Assembly (NCBI GenBank): GCA_001643675.2
Contig: LSRY02000017.1
Coordinates: 186,001 to 250,000 of the forward strand
Reading direction: 5' to 3'
Source of the DNA: Monocercomonoides exilis PA203
Taxonomy: Eukaryota > Protista > Preaxostyla
Length of the DNA stretch: 64,000 nt
The translations under genes and the position numbers were made by a program. Position 1 is the first letter of the stretch. Each line of letters begins with the position of its first letter. Below, piece after piece: positions 12,753-24,579 of the stretch. Under the pieces are notes generated by a model. That model ran no database searches. It saw nothing but the letters and a program-made list of their open reading frames with translations, and had not been told where the DNA came from.

Positions 12753-15700
12753 GTCGTCGTCGTCGTCATCATCATCATCCTCTTCTGCATTTTCGTGTTC
12801 TTCATCATCATCCTCATCTGAATCCTCTTCAAGTGTTTCAAGTTTATTGTTCTCATCTTCATCTTCATCATCTTCGTCGTCGTCATCATCACCATTATCA
12901 CCATCATCGCCATCTTCTTTGTCTTCTTCTGTTTCCTTTGCAGTCTCATCTGCATTTTCAGAATTCAAATTCTCATCATCATCATCATCGTCGTCGTCAT
13001 CATCCTCCTCATCGTCTTCATCTTCGTCTTCGTCTTCTTCCCCATCCTCTTTTTCGTCTTCCTCCTTTTCATCCTCTTCCACGTCTTCACCTTCAGCATC
13101 TTCACCTTCATTTTCCTCATTATCATCCTCATCTTCATCTTCGTCCTCTTCTTCTTCCTCGTCTTCATCTTCGTCAATTTCTATTTTCGAGTGTCTGTTC
13201 CTTCTTCTCATCCTCCTCTTCCTCTCAAATATCTCTTCTGTCACATTCTTTTTCTTCCCTCTCTTCAGCAGCCTCAGCGCATGCATTTCTGGAAGCACCT
13301 GCTCTGAACAGTATGTCAAATGCGTGTGTTCTGACGAGTTGCTCATCGACGTGTTTGTATCATTTGCTTTACGGTGTTTGTGCAGCTCCATCGACCGTCT
13401 CATCTCGTGATGCGAAGAAGAAGAGCGCTTGTGCGACGAATGGGAAGAATGTGACGAAGGCATCGGCGGTGGCACATCGTCAAGAGGAGTAGGAGATTTG
13501 AACAGACGAGGAGGCGAATGGAAGAAGCGCTTCTGCGACGAAGTCTGCGAAGAAGGAGAGTATGTGCCCAGGAGAACCGGTGGTGCATCAGTTGCGGAGG
13601 AGGAAAGAGGCGCAGACAGAGCTGATGAAAGAGAAGAGGAGGAAGTTGTGGAGATGACAGCAGACGAAGTGACAGCAGCTGGCAAGTCTGATGAGGTAGT
13701 TGGGGCTGCAACAGCAGTAGATTGCTGGAGGCTTCCTGGCTGAGCCAAATGAGACGGGCGGGAAGGAGAGCTTGCCTGCGTGAGTGACTGCTGCGATGTG
13801 GCTGAGGAAGTGCGAGTGTGGAGAGAGTTCGTGTTCTGAGAGGAAGACAATGATTGAGATTGAGATTGAGATTGAGATTGAGACTGAGACTGAGATGAAG
13901 ACTGAGGTTGTCTGGTGAGTGCAGGGCCAGGCGAGGTGGATGTAGACATCTGCTGGATTGGCTGAGAGAAGGAAAGAAGAGCAGAGAAAGAGGAGGTAGC
14001 GAGAGATGTTGGAGAAGTCAGAGAGGCCAAGGAAGAAGAAGCAGAGGAAGATAAAGGTGGAAGGGAAGAAGACGACGACGACGAAGAAGAAGATGATGAT
14101 ACAATGGATGCAGTTGAAGAGCCACCAAGCACAATCGTTGGAGCCAACAGCGATGCAGATACAGAAGACGATGTGTCATCAAAGTACGAGCGAAGCGTGG
14201 CTGACGCAAAAGTGGTGGAAAATGGAGTGTTTGAGGTGCTAATTTCAGAGCGGTGTGCTGTTGATGAGTGTGCGCGTGCTGTCGATGTGGTCGTTTGAGT
14301 GATGGCAGGTGCAGGGAAGATGGGGGCAGTGGCTGAGACAGAGGCAAAGGCAGGCACTGTTAATGTGGGAGAAGTAGTAGTAGAAGAAGAAGAAGTAGAA
14401 GAGGAGGAGGAGGAAGAAGAAGATGCTGAATTTCCAAGTGTCTTTTGTGCAGATTGAGTTGCAAGTGTAAGAAGAGTTGACCCTTTCGTCTTGTCTGTCG
14501 ACATCACACTGAATGCAGAGTTCGCAGACTGCAACTGGATGTCTTCTCCTCCTTTTCGTGTTGGCGTGATCGAAGGTTCATTCACCGTTTGTATTGTTAT
14601 GCGTGTGGGGGTGGTGGGCACAGGAATTAGTGTCTTGTTGGATTGCCTGGGCGACTGCAGCTGAGCATTTGAAGCAGAAGATGTCTGAGAGGAAGAAAGC
14701 TTGCTGGGAAATAGCATTGATTGGTCTGTTGAATTGGAGGATTTGTATCTGGAAGGAGAAGTGAAAGGAACAGATGGAATGGAGGAGGAAGAGAGAGAAA
14801 GAGGAGGAGAAGAGGAAGATGATGATAGGGAAGAAGACGAGGAAGAAGTAGACAAAGTGGCAGATGAACTGGGCGGAGACACCAAAGACACAAAAGGAGG
14901 CGGAGAAAGAAGAGAATTGGCCATTGTATCGTCTGCAGAATTCTGGGGAAGTGAAAGCGGAACCAGCGATTGAGTGAAAGAGCGGGGTGTTTGAAGGCGT
15001 GGAGAGCCATCTGACTGCGAAAGCTGCTGATGCTGTTGATTTTGGTCAAGTTGCTGGGTATTCATAAGATTTCCATTTGAGTTCTCTTTCAAATTCAATT
15101 GCTTCATTTGAACACTTTCAATAGATGAATTGTTGGTCTTTGAAGAAATATGAGAATCTTTCATGGTTTGATTGTTTTTTCTGTCTTCTGCTTGCATGCT
15201 ATCAATTTTAGTGTTTGATTTAAGCATTCCATTTCCATCTTCTTTCACCGAAGCATTAAAAGAACGTGACAAGTCCAATGAATTGTTGCTTTGTGGTGTT
15301 ACTTGCCCCAAATGAGACTGTTGAAGCAGCTGTGACTGCTGCCTCCTTCGAAGATTGTTGGAATACACATCAATCGTTTTGATGGCCGATGAAGGGAACG
15401 GAGAAGAAGAAGAAATAGAAGAAGAAGATGTCGAAGATATTGATGATGTTGATGATGTTGTATTAGTTGTATTAACAGAAGAAGAAGAAGATGATGATGA
15501 TGAGTCCTCAGAAGGCAAAGAAGGATGCGTCAATTGTGGATACACTTCTGGCTGTGGAAGCTGATAAGGATTGCTTCCTTTGCTTTGTTGACTGCTATTT
15601 TTGAAATTACTCTGCTTTCTTGTTGGCGATAAAAGAGACGAAGCAGAAGCAGAAACTGAAGAGGAAGAGGAAGAGGAAGAATTAGAATTATTTGAAGCAT

Positions 15701-18700
15701 TCCCAATAGAACTTGAATTCTGAGCTGTTGGCAGAGTTTTCCCCGTCTGCACAACCAGCCTCACGCCATCGAATGTCTGCTGTGTCTGTGTCTGAACTGG
15801 CTTTTTCTCAGATGTGCTGAATGAAGCAGAGGCAGAAGAGAAGCGGTTGACTGACGCAGACGAAGATAGCACATTTGAATTCCAGCGAGTCGGCACAGAA
15901 GACGGCTGCAAAGGGACTTGTGGCAGAGAAGAAGGGTCGATTGGGGAGATGTACTGCATCGGCTTCAATGGAGGATAAGGAAGAGTTTGAGTCTTGTGCA
16001 GCACGTCAGCACGGGTGGAGGCAGAGGGGGAGGAGAAGTGGGATGCTGAAGAGGAAGAGGAAGAGGAAGAGGAAGATACTGATAAAGATTGAGAGGATGA
16101 TTGAGATGCTGCTGATGAATGAACAGGGCTGATTGATCGCAGAGAAGGTGAACTGGCCAATGAATGGAACCTCTTCTGCTGCGTCTGATTCATTTGGCAT
16201 TCGAAACTTCCGTCGTGCTGCATCCTCTGCGAATTGCCCATTTCGCTGCTTTTTCTCTCCTTTTCATTCATCTCGTCTCCTCTTCTGCCTTCAGTTGGGT
16301 CTGGCAGCAGACCTGCGCCTTTCAACTGTTGTTGTTGTTGCTGCTGTTGTTGTGAATGAGTCTGCCAGTTGTCGCTGCAAATGCTGTTTGGTGTGCAATC
16401 AGATGGAAGAGGTGGTGTAGGGACAGTCGCATAAGACACCACACCTGATGCTACCATCGTCACGGGAGTGGGCGGAGACAATGAAGAAGAAGAAGAAGAT
16501 GATGATGATGATGAAGACGATGAAGACGGGGAAATAGAAGAATTAGAAGAAGATGAAGTGGAAAAGACAAAAGTAGATTTTTTTGGAGAGACGAAAAAAG
16601 GTTGAGTGTTGCTATCGGCATGCCGAATAGAATCAGCAATTTGAACAGAAGGAGAAGACAAAGAAGAAGAAGAAGAAGAAACAGAAACTGAAACAGAAGA
16701 AGACGAAGACGAAGACGACGACGAAGAAGATGATGATGACTGTGGTGGCGGCGATAAAGAAGTAAGCGAAATGCTACATTTGAATTCTTGGACTTGCAGG
16801 CCGGGCGAGTGCTGAGGAAAAGAAGGAGGAATGGCTGCGATCTGTTGAGGAGACATTTCTGGATGAGATGACTGTGTAACAGGCGCTGGTGGAACAGAGG
16901 GAAGTCGAACTGAAGAAGTGAAAGAGGAAGAGGAAGAGGAAGAAGATGAAGGCATTGAAGCATAAGCTTGTGAAGATGATTTGGGCAAAGGATGGTTTTG
17001 AGCCTGAGGCGAAGAAAGCTGATATGACTGGGAAGAAGAGTGAGAAGGCAGCTGAAGCAACGAATAAGGCTGCTGCTGTGTGGAGGTGTGCAGTGAAGTT
17101 GGGATTGGCTGATGTGAAGAAGAGGCTGATGAAGTGGAAGGGACGGATGAAGTGGGGGAATGCTGATATGAAGAAGGCAAATGGGCCAAATTTGGCGAGC
17201 GAGCGGAAGATGCAAAGGAAGGATTAAGCACACGCACAGGTGCAGGGTGTGGCATCATCACTGGTGGAGCATAAGAATTCAGAGGGCGAACAGCGGGAGA
17301 AGAAGATGAAGTTGTAGAAGTGGTAGAAGAAGGAGGGATAGGTGATTGTGAAGGTGTCAAAAGATTGGAAGGGGTTGCTTCATACGAATGAGTATGAGGT
17401 TGTTGCGCTGCATTTGAAAAAGAACGCATTTGAGATGGAAACTGCTGCATCTTCTGTTGAGGAAGGAGATTTGCAGCAGAAGAAGGAATTGAAGGCAAAG
17501 CAGAAGGAAGAGGAGTGAAAGGAGCGTGCTGAGGATGCTGAGCAAACGCTGAGTGAGCCGAAAGCTGGCTGGCTGAGGCAACCTGTTGCAGAGGCGTAAG
17601 CGGCTGGCAGGTTGAATGAGGGGCGTGTGGAGGGAGTGTTGCTGGTAGAACAAGTGGATGCTTCGACACCAAATGCAGCGGGCTCTGGGCAGATACAGCA
17701 GTCAGTGGGGACGAAACAGAGGTGCCGACAACCGGCATGTGGGGCTGTGGCGTGTCTGGCTTTTTTGGGTCACGAGGGAGCGCCCACTCGACACGCAGTA
17801 CTTTTCCTTCCATTTCGTAGCCCTGCAGCTGCTCCATCACAATCACAGCAGCCTCTTTCGTGTGGAAGTGGATGAAGGCATGGCCCAGGGGCTTCTTGGT
17901 TGCCACATCGTTTGGGATGACAATCAGCTTCAGTGCGTGGTGCATTTCCTCAGGAAGCATATTCAGCACGACGCTTCTGATTGAAGCGTTCGTAGCATTC
18001 ACTGGTATTCCCTTCACAAACAAAGTCATCACTTTTTCCAATACTCGCGGATCGGACGCTCTCCTCCTTGCAAACGTCACGTTTATCGTCATTCCTTCAA
18101 TGATCACTCCTGTCAGAAGCCGCATCGCATTGACAGTGACAGAATGAGAGGAATATGAGGCCCATCCAAATCCTCTTGAGTCACCATTAATATCTGTCGC
18201 AAGTACAAAATTTGTTATTGGAATCTAATAAAAAATTATTATAAAAATTCGATTGCAATTGAAAATTTAGTTTAACAAGAAGTGATGAGAATAATTATAA
18301 CGTAATAATAATACTTCAGTTTTTTCTTCAATGATTCTTTTTACAGTGTTTGTATCCAAATGTGTTGGAATATTAGTGATAAAAAGACTATTCTTAGCAT
18401 CTGCATATGTGACATTTACCTGAGATCTGCATCAACGAACATTAAAGTTGAAAAAAGGAAAAATTGAAAAATTCATTTTTTTGAAAAGAATCATGATATA
18501 CGTTTTTCCTGTCAAAGGATCAAAAAAAGCAGGCTGGACCTTACTGTTCAGAGCAGCATATGTCGATTCCATGCTATTGAAGCTGATAAATGCAAAACCT
18601 ACAAAACATGCAAAACAAAATATCTGAATTAATTTTATTTTTTATTATCACACTTCTAACGTTGGGTGTCTTTTTGCTTTTAATAATCGAAGCTTCAACA

Positions 18701-18907
18701 ACATTTCCATAGCAAGAAAATGCTTTTGCTAAATCTCCTTCTGTTATATGCTTTGGAAAATCGCTCTAAAAAGCGATTAATTGGAGAATGATAAATTATA
18801 ATGAAACAAACCACATAAACACCACAGACGCTAGCTCCTGGGTCTATAAACGAGGAAATGCTATGTTGCTGCTTATTCTCCCCTGCATCTTTTGGCAAAA
18901 AGCTCAT
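10647..18907 (-). CDS. hnRNP R/Q (SYNCRIP/RBM47)-like 3-RRM protein with a ~2370-aa S/Q/P-rich and acidic low-complexity tail
   Basis: Small 5' exons give VYVSDFP..GFAFISF (RRM1) and SLFITNIP..SRGFGWASY (RRM2). DPRVLEKVMTLFVKGIP..HAFIHF..LRVEWA (RRM3) resembles the hnRNP R/Q linker. The last exon is a ~7.6-kb open frame. Confidence 0.75.
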
Positions 18908-19005
18908 GCAAGGCGCAGCACAGCAAAATAATATTTCTCAAAACAATTATGGTATCCAATTTTGAAAAAAAGTACAATAACTTAATTTTAATTATCTTCA
19001 TTTTT

Positions 19006-22000
19006 TTATATAACAGTTGTAAAATCAATGGAAAAAACATTTTCCTTTTGAATAAGAAAAAAAAGAGCTCTTGGTCTGCTCATAAGATCTATTGTCAAAG
19101 AAGAATTACCTTCATTTTCCATTCCAAGTTTCTTGAGGCATTTACGAATTCTTTGAGATTGCGTAGGGGACTGAAATAAATTACAAGGGTAGCATCCAAA
19201 GAACAAACTGGCTGCCGAAGATGAAAAAGAACAATCTGCTGTATCAATTGATGATAATTGCTTTTCAGAGTTTGTATTTGAAAATGAAATCAAAAGAGGA
19301 TCGTAAAGCTTTAAACTGACGTTCCATTCCCATTCTAACTCTTTTTCTTCGGTTTTTTGATGAGATTTTCGCGAATGTTTGACTCGTTCTGTACTCGGAC
19401 GAAAAGACCATTTACATTTTTGGCAAAAGAATAGAACATTTTCAGTATGTTCTGGTTGAGTTGGAATGTGCTGAGAATCGCTGAGAGACTTTTGGCTTTC
19501 ATTTTCATTGAATATCTGATAATTTGATAAATGGAGAGAAGATGAATGAGAAGAAGAAGATTGAGACCGATAAGAAGAAGAAGATGATGATGAATCTGGA
19601 GAAGGAGGAGAAAAAAAAGTTGAAGTTGAAGCAGAAGCCGATGATAAAGGGGCTGAAAGTGCTTTTCTTCGATTTCTTTTCGCGAAAGTGAAAAGAGAAC
19701 GTTTCCTTTTTGGAGGGGATTGAGTTGAGCTTGAATGTACTGTTTCTGTACCCATTGTGTCTTCTTCCTCATCACTGACATCCTCTTCTTCAGTGCTGCT
19801 TATTTCTTCTTTTTCAAAACTGCTTTTCCCAATACATTCTACTTCCTCCTCGCACAATTTCCAATTGCACAGCTCTGAGCAAAAAGGGCATTTCGGTTGG
19901 CAAAAGAGGAAATACGAAGGAAACGGAAGATTCTTCTCGTTGTCTTCTCTGCTTGAACGAAGTGATCTGTCCGATGGGAAGATTGTCAACACTGATGCTT
20001 TCACAATGAACTTGGGCTGACTTTGAGACGATGTATGTGAAGCTTTTGTTCTTCGAAACTTAGATTTGCTCAGGATGTTTATGACCTGCGATAAAGGAGT
20101 TGTGTGATATGAGAATAATGGTGAAGCAATTTGCCCATGAGAAGTTGGCATCTGTGAAGCTTGATTGTTGCATTTGCGTTGTGATCCAGTTGATTTCGAG
20201 GCGAAGAGTTTTGATGAACTTGAAGATGGCAGGAAAGATGAAGAAGCAATGCCTTGAGATGAAGACGATGGTGTGGAATGAAATGATTGGCTCGCTTCAA
20301 TTGGTTCAACCAATGGCAGCAGAACGCAAGTCACAGGATATAAGCAATAGCGCAAAAGATGGAGATAAACTCGCTGTATTTCTTTGAATCTCAAAATGAA
20401 GTCCAACGAAAAAGGAGAAACGCTCTCAAATTTTCCTTGCTGCTCTCCAAATGTTGTGACAGTGTTGTATTTTCTATGCGTTTCAAACCATTCAGAAAAC
20501 TGACACTGCGTCAGCCATTCAAAAGTGTGTGCCACTAACATTGCCTCAATTTCGGAAGGATTACCTTTTGCTGCAGGTTCCTCGCAAAATATCATTTTTC
20601 TGATACAAGCAGATATTTTCATCCATTTGGCTTGTTCGCTTCGTCGTTTCTCAATCAATGGTAATAGAGGACAATTGACACTTGGCATTTTGCAAGCTGA
20701 TAGAGAAAGGGACAATTCATCATTTGCTTCTGAATCTCTGTTAGATCGCTGTTCGCTTTTAAAAGAACGAAAAGGCGCAGCAGGTTCTGAATCAACCGAG
20801 GCTGAATTAGAAGAAAGGCCGAAGAGGTAATGAGGATGAATGATATACGCAGCAGATCGGGATAGATCGAAAGAAAGCAACAATGGAGGAATCACAAAAG
20901 CAGGTGAGCGATTATCGCTGACGGCTGTTGCAGTGTTTAAATAAGAGTCGGACTTCTGCTGATTAATAGAAGAAGATGATGCAGACAGCGTTTCTGAAGA
21001 AATACTCTCTTTTTCAACAAACGATGAAGTGCGCGCTTGGCTAGACAAATTGTCATAGAAAGGAATTACATCAAAATGAAGCGGAGATTCCTGTAATTTC
21101 TTTTCAATGACTTCAGGAAGAGAAGGCAGAGATGAGATAAAGGCATTTTGATAAATATCCGTTGGCTCAGAGGATTTTTCACTTGATTCAACAAAATCGA
21201 TACAAGGTTCGTTTTTCTTCAGCAATTGCAGCTGAGCATAGCGCAAGCGTAATTGAAGGATTCGTCGTCGAGCCGTAGCAACAACAGCTTTAAATAAATG
21301 TGAACGCGAATTAGTGAGCGAAGAAGAAGAAGAAGAAGAAGAAGAAGAAGAAGAAGAAGAAGAAGAAGAAGAAGAAGAAGAAGAAGAAGAAGAAGAAGAA
21401 GAAGAAGAAGAAGAAGAAGAAGAAGAAGAAGAAGAAGAAGAAGATTGCAATTTCTGCGAGACATGATGATTAGAGTAATACGAAGAATGCGCAAAACTTG
21501 CTTTGAGTTTTATCAATCTCAAGCAAGTTCCTTCAGTTATCATTCTATTTAATGAATTTGAAAAATCAGAAAACAACCCAGTGCTTGAAGAAGCCGAAGC
21601 CGAAGCCGAAGCCGAAGCCGAAGCCGAAGCCGAAGCCGAAGCCGAAGCCGAAGCCGAAGCCGAAGCCGAAGCCGAAGCCGAAGCCGAAGCCGAAGCCGAA
21701 GCCGAAGAAGAAGAAGAAGAAGAAGAAGAAGAAGAAGAAGAAGAAGAAGAAGAAGAAGAAGAATCTGCGGAGGAGTTAAAATCTGAGCAATCTGAAGGAA
21801 ATTCAACGATAGCCAGTTCGTGCCCAAAAGGTGAGAAGGGATCAAATAGAGCTACAAATGGGAGAGAGATTACAAGAACAACGCCAACCACGTCGATTTG
21901 CGGGAATGAAGGCTCTATGGAATGATAATGAAGAGAGTAGGTGATTGAACCTTCGTTCACTTTTGTAGTTTTTCTTTCTCCAGATTCGTTCGATTCAACT

Positions 22001-23259
22001 CTTTCAGCGATTTTCTGGTTGAAATCACAAGCCGACAGCATCATGCTAAACCCAGACTGCTTGAGATCATAAATCGTAAGGAGATGCCGTGCTTTCCGTG
22101 CAAAGACAAAAGGACTGCTGGATGAAGCAAACCGGCAAAGGTCGATGAGTGGAGAGTCTGTATCTGCCAGAAAAGGGCGCTTGAGTCTGTTGGCTAGGAA
22201 ATTCATAAGCGACGGAGACGAGAGGGGAAGAAGAGGATGTTTATGCAAAGGAAGCTCTACTGGGTGTGGAACGATTTTTCTTTTGCAAAAGCTTTGAGAC
22301 CAGCTTTTCAAGTCAAATGGCATCTGAGACGTTTGACAGATTGAAAGAGCTTTGTTCTCATCTTTTGCAGAATCTGATTCTGCATCCTGTTCTTGCGAAG
22401 AATATTCAACATTGGTCTGAAAAGAATCGGATAATGATCCAGAAGGTTGTTCTCTATTGCTTTGCTTTCCTTTCACAGATTCCCAAATAGCTGTCAACTC
22501 CTTGCATTTCACGGATTCCAAAGAGCATCCAGCCCAACTCAGATTAAGAACACATTTCTTGTAATTTACATAGCTTCCAACATACACCCACCTTAAACAG
22601 GCAATGCAACCAGGAGAAAGAATCTGCTCTACTTCAATTAGCCTTTGAAAGGGGAAAAAAACATTTGCAATAAATCTATCATCTTCAAATGCACTAAAAT
22701 TGGGATCAGAAGTAATAGCACTACTGAGTTCTGAAGTTTTCTGTAGAATAGATGAGTCCACTAGATTTAGAGTTACAAACCAATCCTTTTCAGACGATGT
22801 TGGCTTCGGAATGGAACATTCAAGTACAATTGCCATAATATCATAATGTTGAGTTGCAGACGGTAAGCATTGTTTTAATGGAGTAAAATGCTTTGGCAAA
22901 GGAGGAGGAACAATGTTTATATTTGGTAATTTATTTTGAGTTATTAGTTGGAGTTTTTGGAGTTCTTCATGATTAGTTTCATAATTTTCAGTATCAATTG
23001 ACGATGATTCTTCGCTTAAATCAATCCCTGTGCCATTAACAACATTTTCTGATTCATCTCTAAGGTCAAAAAAAGTTGAAGAAGGAAATGAAGGTAAAAG
23101 ATTATCAGATATCCCCGATGAAATAAAACAAGTTGTAATTGGTAATGGAAATGGAAAATTCATCTGTAAACAAAATGAAGATTCTTTGAGTAGGTTTTCC
23201 TTTTCAGAAATTTTCGTTTTACTTCTTTTACAAAGTTCTTTTCCCAAAAAATGCTTCAT
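19006..23259 (-). CDS. POT1: POT1/TEBP-alpha-like telomere ssDNA-binding protein with low-complexity insertions
   Basis: N-terminal OB1-like FTPLKQC..YDIMAIVLECSIPKPTSSEKDWFVTLNLVDSS..PGCIACLRWVYV. C-terminal TPLSQVI..KFIVKASVLTIFP..CPFC..CQKC..WNVSLKLYD..ASLFFG resembles the POT1 zinc-containing OB3. Confidence 0.7.
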   Translation of the reverse strand: MKHFLGKELCKRSKTKISEKENLLKESSFCLQMNFPFPLPITTCFISSGISDNLLPSFPSSTFFDLRDESENVVNGTGIDLSEESSSIDTENYETNHEELQKLQLITQNKLPNINIVPPPLPKHFTPLKQCLPSATQHYDIMAIVLECSIPKPTSSEKDWFVTLNLVDSSILQKTSELSSAITSDPNFSAFEDDRFIANVFFPFQRLIEVEQILSPGCIACLRWVYVGSYVNYKKCVLNLSWAGCSLESVKCKELTAIWESVKGKQSNREQPSGSLSDSFQTNVEYSSQEQDAESDSAKDENKALSICQTSQMPFDLKSWSQSFCKRKIVPHPVELPLHKHPLLPLSSPSLMNFLANRLKRPFLADTDSPLIDLCRFASSSSPFVFARKARHLLTIYDLKQSGFSMMLSACDFNQKIAERVESNESGERKTTKVNEGSITYSLHYHSIEPSFPQIDVVGVVLVISLPFVALFDPFSPFGHELAIVEFPSDCSDFNSSADSSSSSSSSSSSSSSSSSSSSASASASASASASASASASASASASASASASASASASASSSTGLFSDFSNSLNRMITEGTCLRLIKLKASFAHSSYYSNHHVSQKLQSSSSSSSSSSSSSSSSSSSSSSSSSSSSSSSSSSSSSSSSSSLTNSRSHLFKAVVATARRRILQLRLRYAQLQLLKKNEPCIDFVESSEKSSEPTDIYQNAFISSLPSLPEVIEKKLQESPLHFDVIPFYDNLSSQARTSSFVEKESISSETLSASSSSINQQKSDSYLNTATAVSDNRSPAFVIPPLLLSFDLSRSAAYIIHPHYLFGLSSNSASVDSEPAAPFRSFKSEQRSNRDSEANDELSLSLSACKMPSVNCPLLPLIEKRRSEQAKWMKISACIRKMIFCEEPAAKGNPSEIEAMLVAHTFEWLTQCQFSEWFETHRKYNTVTTFGEQQGKFESVSPFSLDFILRFKEIQRVYLHLLRYCLYPVTCVLLPLVEPIEASQSFHSTPSSSSQGIASSSFLPSSSSSKLFASKSTGSQRKCNNQASQMPTSHGQIASPLFSYHTTPLSQVINILSKSKFRRTKASHTSSQSQPKFIVKASVLTIFPSDRSLRSSREDNEKNLPFPSYFLFCQPKCPFCSELCNWKLCEEEVECIGKSSFEKEEISSTEEEDVSDEEEDTMGTETVHSSSTQSPPKRKRSLFTFAKRNRRKALSAPLSSASASTSTFFSPPSPDSSSSSSSYRSQSSSSHSSSLHLSNYQIFNENESQKSLSDSQHIPTQPEHTENVLFFCQKCKWSFRPSTERVKHSRKSHQKTEEKELEWEWNVSLKLYDPLLISFSNTNSEKQLSSIDTADCSFSSSAASLFFGCYPCNLFQSPTQSQRIRKCLKKLGMENEGNSSLTIDLMSRPRALFFLIQKENVFSIDFTTVI
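21320..21763. repeat. Pure coding microsatellites: (GAA)41, (GAAGCC)19 and (GAA)20, giving poly-Ser and (Ser-Ala)n in POT1
   Basis: Tracts at 21320-21442, 21590-21703 and 21704-21763. Confidence 0.95.
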
Positions 23260-23477
23260 TTTTTTGTATTTATTCTTCTTTCAACATACAGACATAAGTT
23301 TTCTCCTGAGTAAATAAAAATCATTAACATCACAATGTTTTACCTTTTTATTTCATATAAATCAAACCTTGATAACTGTTTTGATTTTATTTTCAAATTG
23401 TGATCTGTAAATATAAGTTTTATTTTCTTTTTTTAATTGATTTATATCTTTATTTCGAACCATTTATCAACTAAATT

Positions 23478-23894
23478 ATGATTGATGAATCCAAAGAAAC
23501 AAAAATTCAATTAACAGCACCTGTAAAGCCTGGACAGCAATCATCATTAAGACGTCCTTTGGCAGATATAACAAATTCTTTCAACTCTTTAACTAGAAAT
23601 GATTTATCACGCCCTGAACCGAGTTCTTCTTCGCAACTACAACACGAGAAAACTTATTTTGCAGATAAAATGACAATCAATACTTCAGGTGCTTTTTCAC
23701 GGAAAAAGATTGATTATGATACACAAAAAGATGAATGCCCTTACTCATTGCCTTTCAAACCTTGGATGGATCCAACATTTTCCATCAAATGTGAAACGGA
23801 TCGATCAGGAATGACAATATTTAATGAGATTGAAGATCCTGAAAAGGAACTTGGAATAATATTTACTCCTTCATTTAGCATATGGGAAGATTGA
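23478..23894 (+). CDS. 138-aa protein with a canonical D-box (RRPLADITN); candidate APC/C substrate
   Basis: Intact ATG-TGA ORF, head-to-head with POT1. RxxLxxxxN motif at 23550-23576 and an acidic C-terminus. Confidence 0.65.
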   Translation: MIDESKETKIQLTAPVKPGQQSSLRRPLADITNSFNSLTRNDLSRPEPSSSSQLQHEKTYFADKMTINTSGAFSRKKIDYDTQKDECPYSLPFKPWMDPTFSIKCETDRSGMTIFNEIEDPEKELGIIFTPSFSIWED

Positions 23895-24579
23895 AGGGAA
23901 TTGCTCAAAATTTTTACGTTTTAATTAATATTTTCTTTTTTATTTTCAAGTATTATTTAAAAAATCTAGCTTTTGGGTGAAATATCGAAAATACAAGCAA
24001 AAATTGTTTGTAATTTTGTTATATTATAAATCAAGGCATGTTAAAAATGAATTTTTCATGCTAACATCTATTATTTTTTTTTTCAAAGAATTATATGAAA
24101 ATGTGAAAATTGTGTGATATTCAAATTTTGACTTTTTTCAACTAAAACACAAAGAACTCTTTTTATTCCACTGTTTTCAGAGTAGTTATCAAATAATTAC
24201 GAGATATTTAAAAAGAAAGATGTTCAATCATATTGTTCATACACATATCTATATCTATATATCTATATATCTATCTATATATTTTATTTTATTAATTTTT
24301 TATAAAAAAGATAATGAAAAAAAAAAAATAAATCTTAAATTATGAAAACAAACCCTGTTCCATTTGAGTTCGGATTATAAAATGTTTCATAATCTTGTTC
24401 TTTAAAAAAAAAAATAAATAAAAATTCTTTTTTGCTCTGAATGAAAAGCCAGATTATTGAAGAATGCTATTCATGCCCATTGGTTTCAAGATGAAACATC
24501 AAATAAAACAAAGAATTTGACAATGCATTAAAAAAAGAGATCGTAGCTATTATTTTTTTTGCTTCAAAAATCAAATGAA

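Noticed and set aside
11063-17984. Many overlapping antisense or alternate-frame ORFs (poly-L, poly-H, poly-M, poly-E)
   Set aside because: These are shadows of low-complexity codons in the real minus-strand gene.
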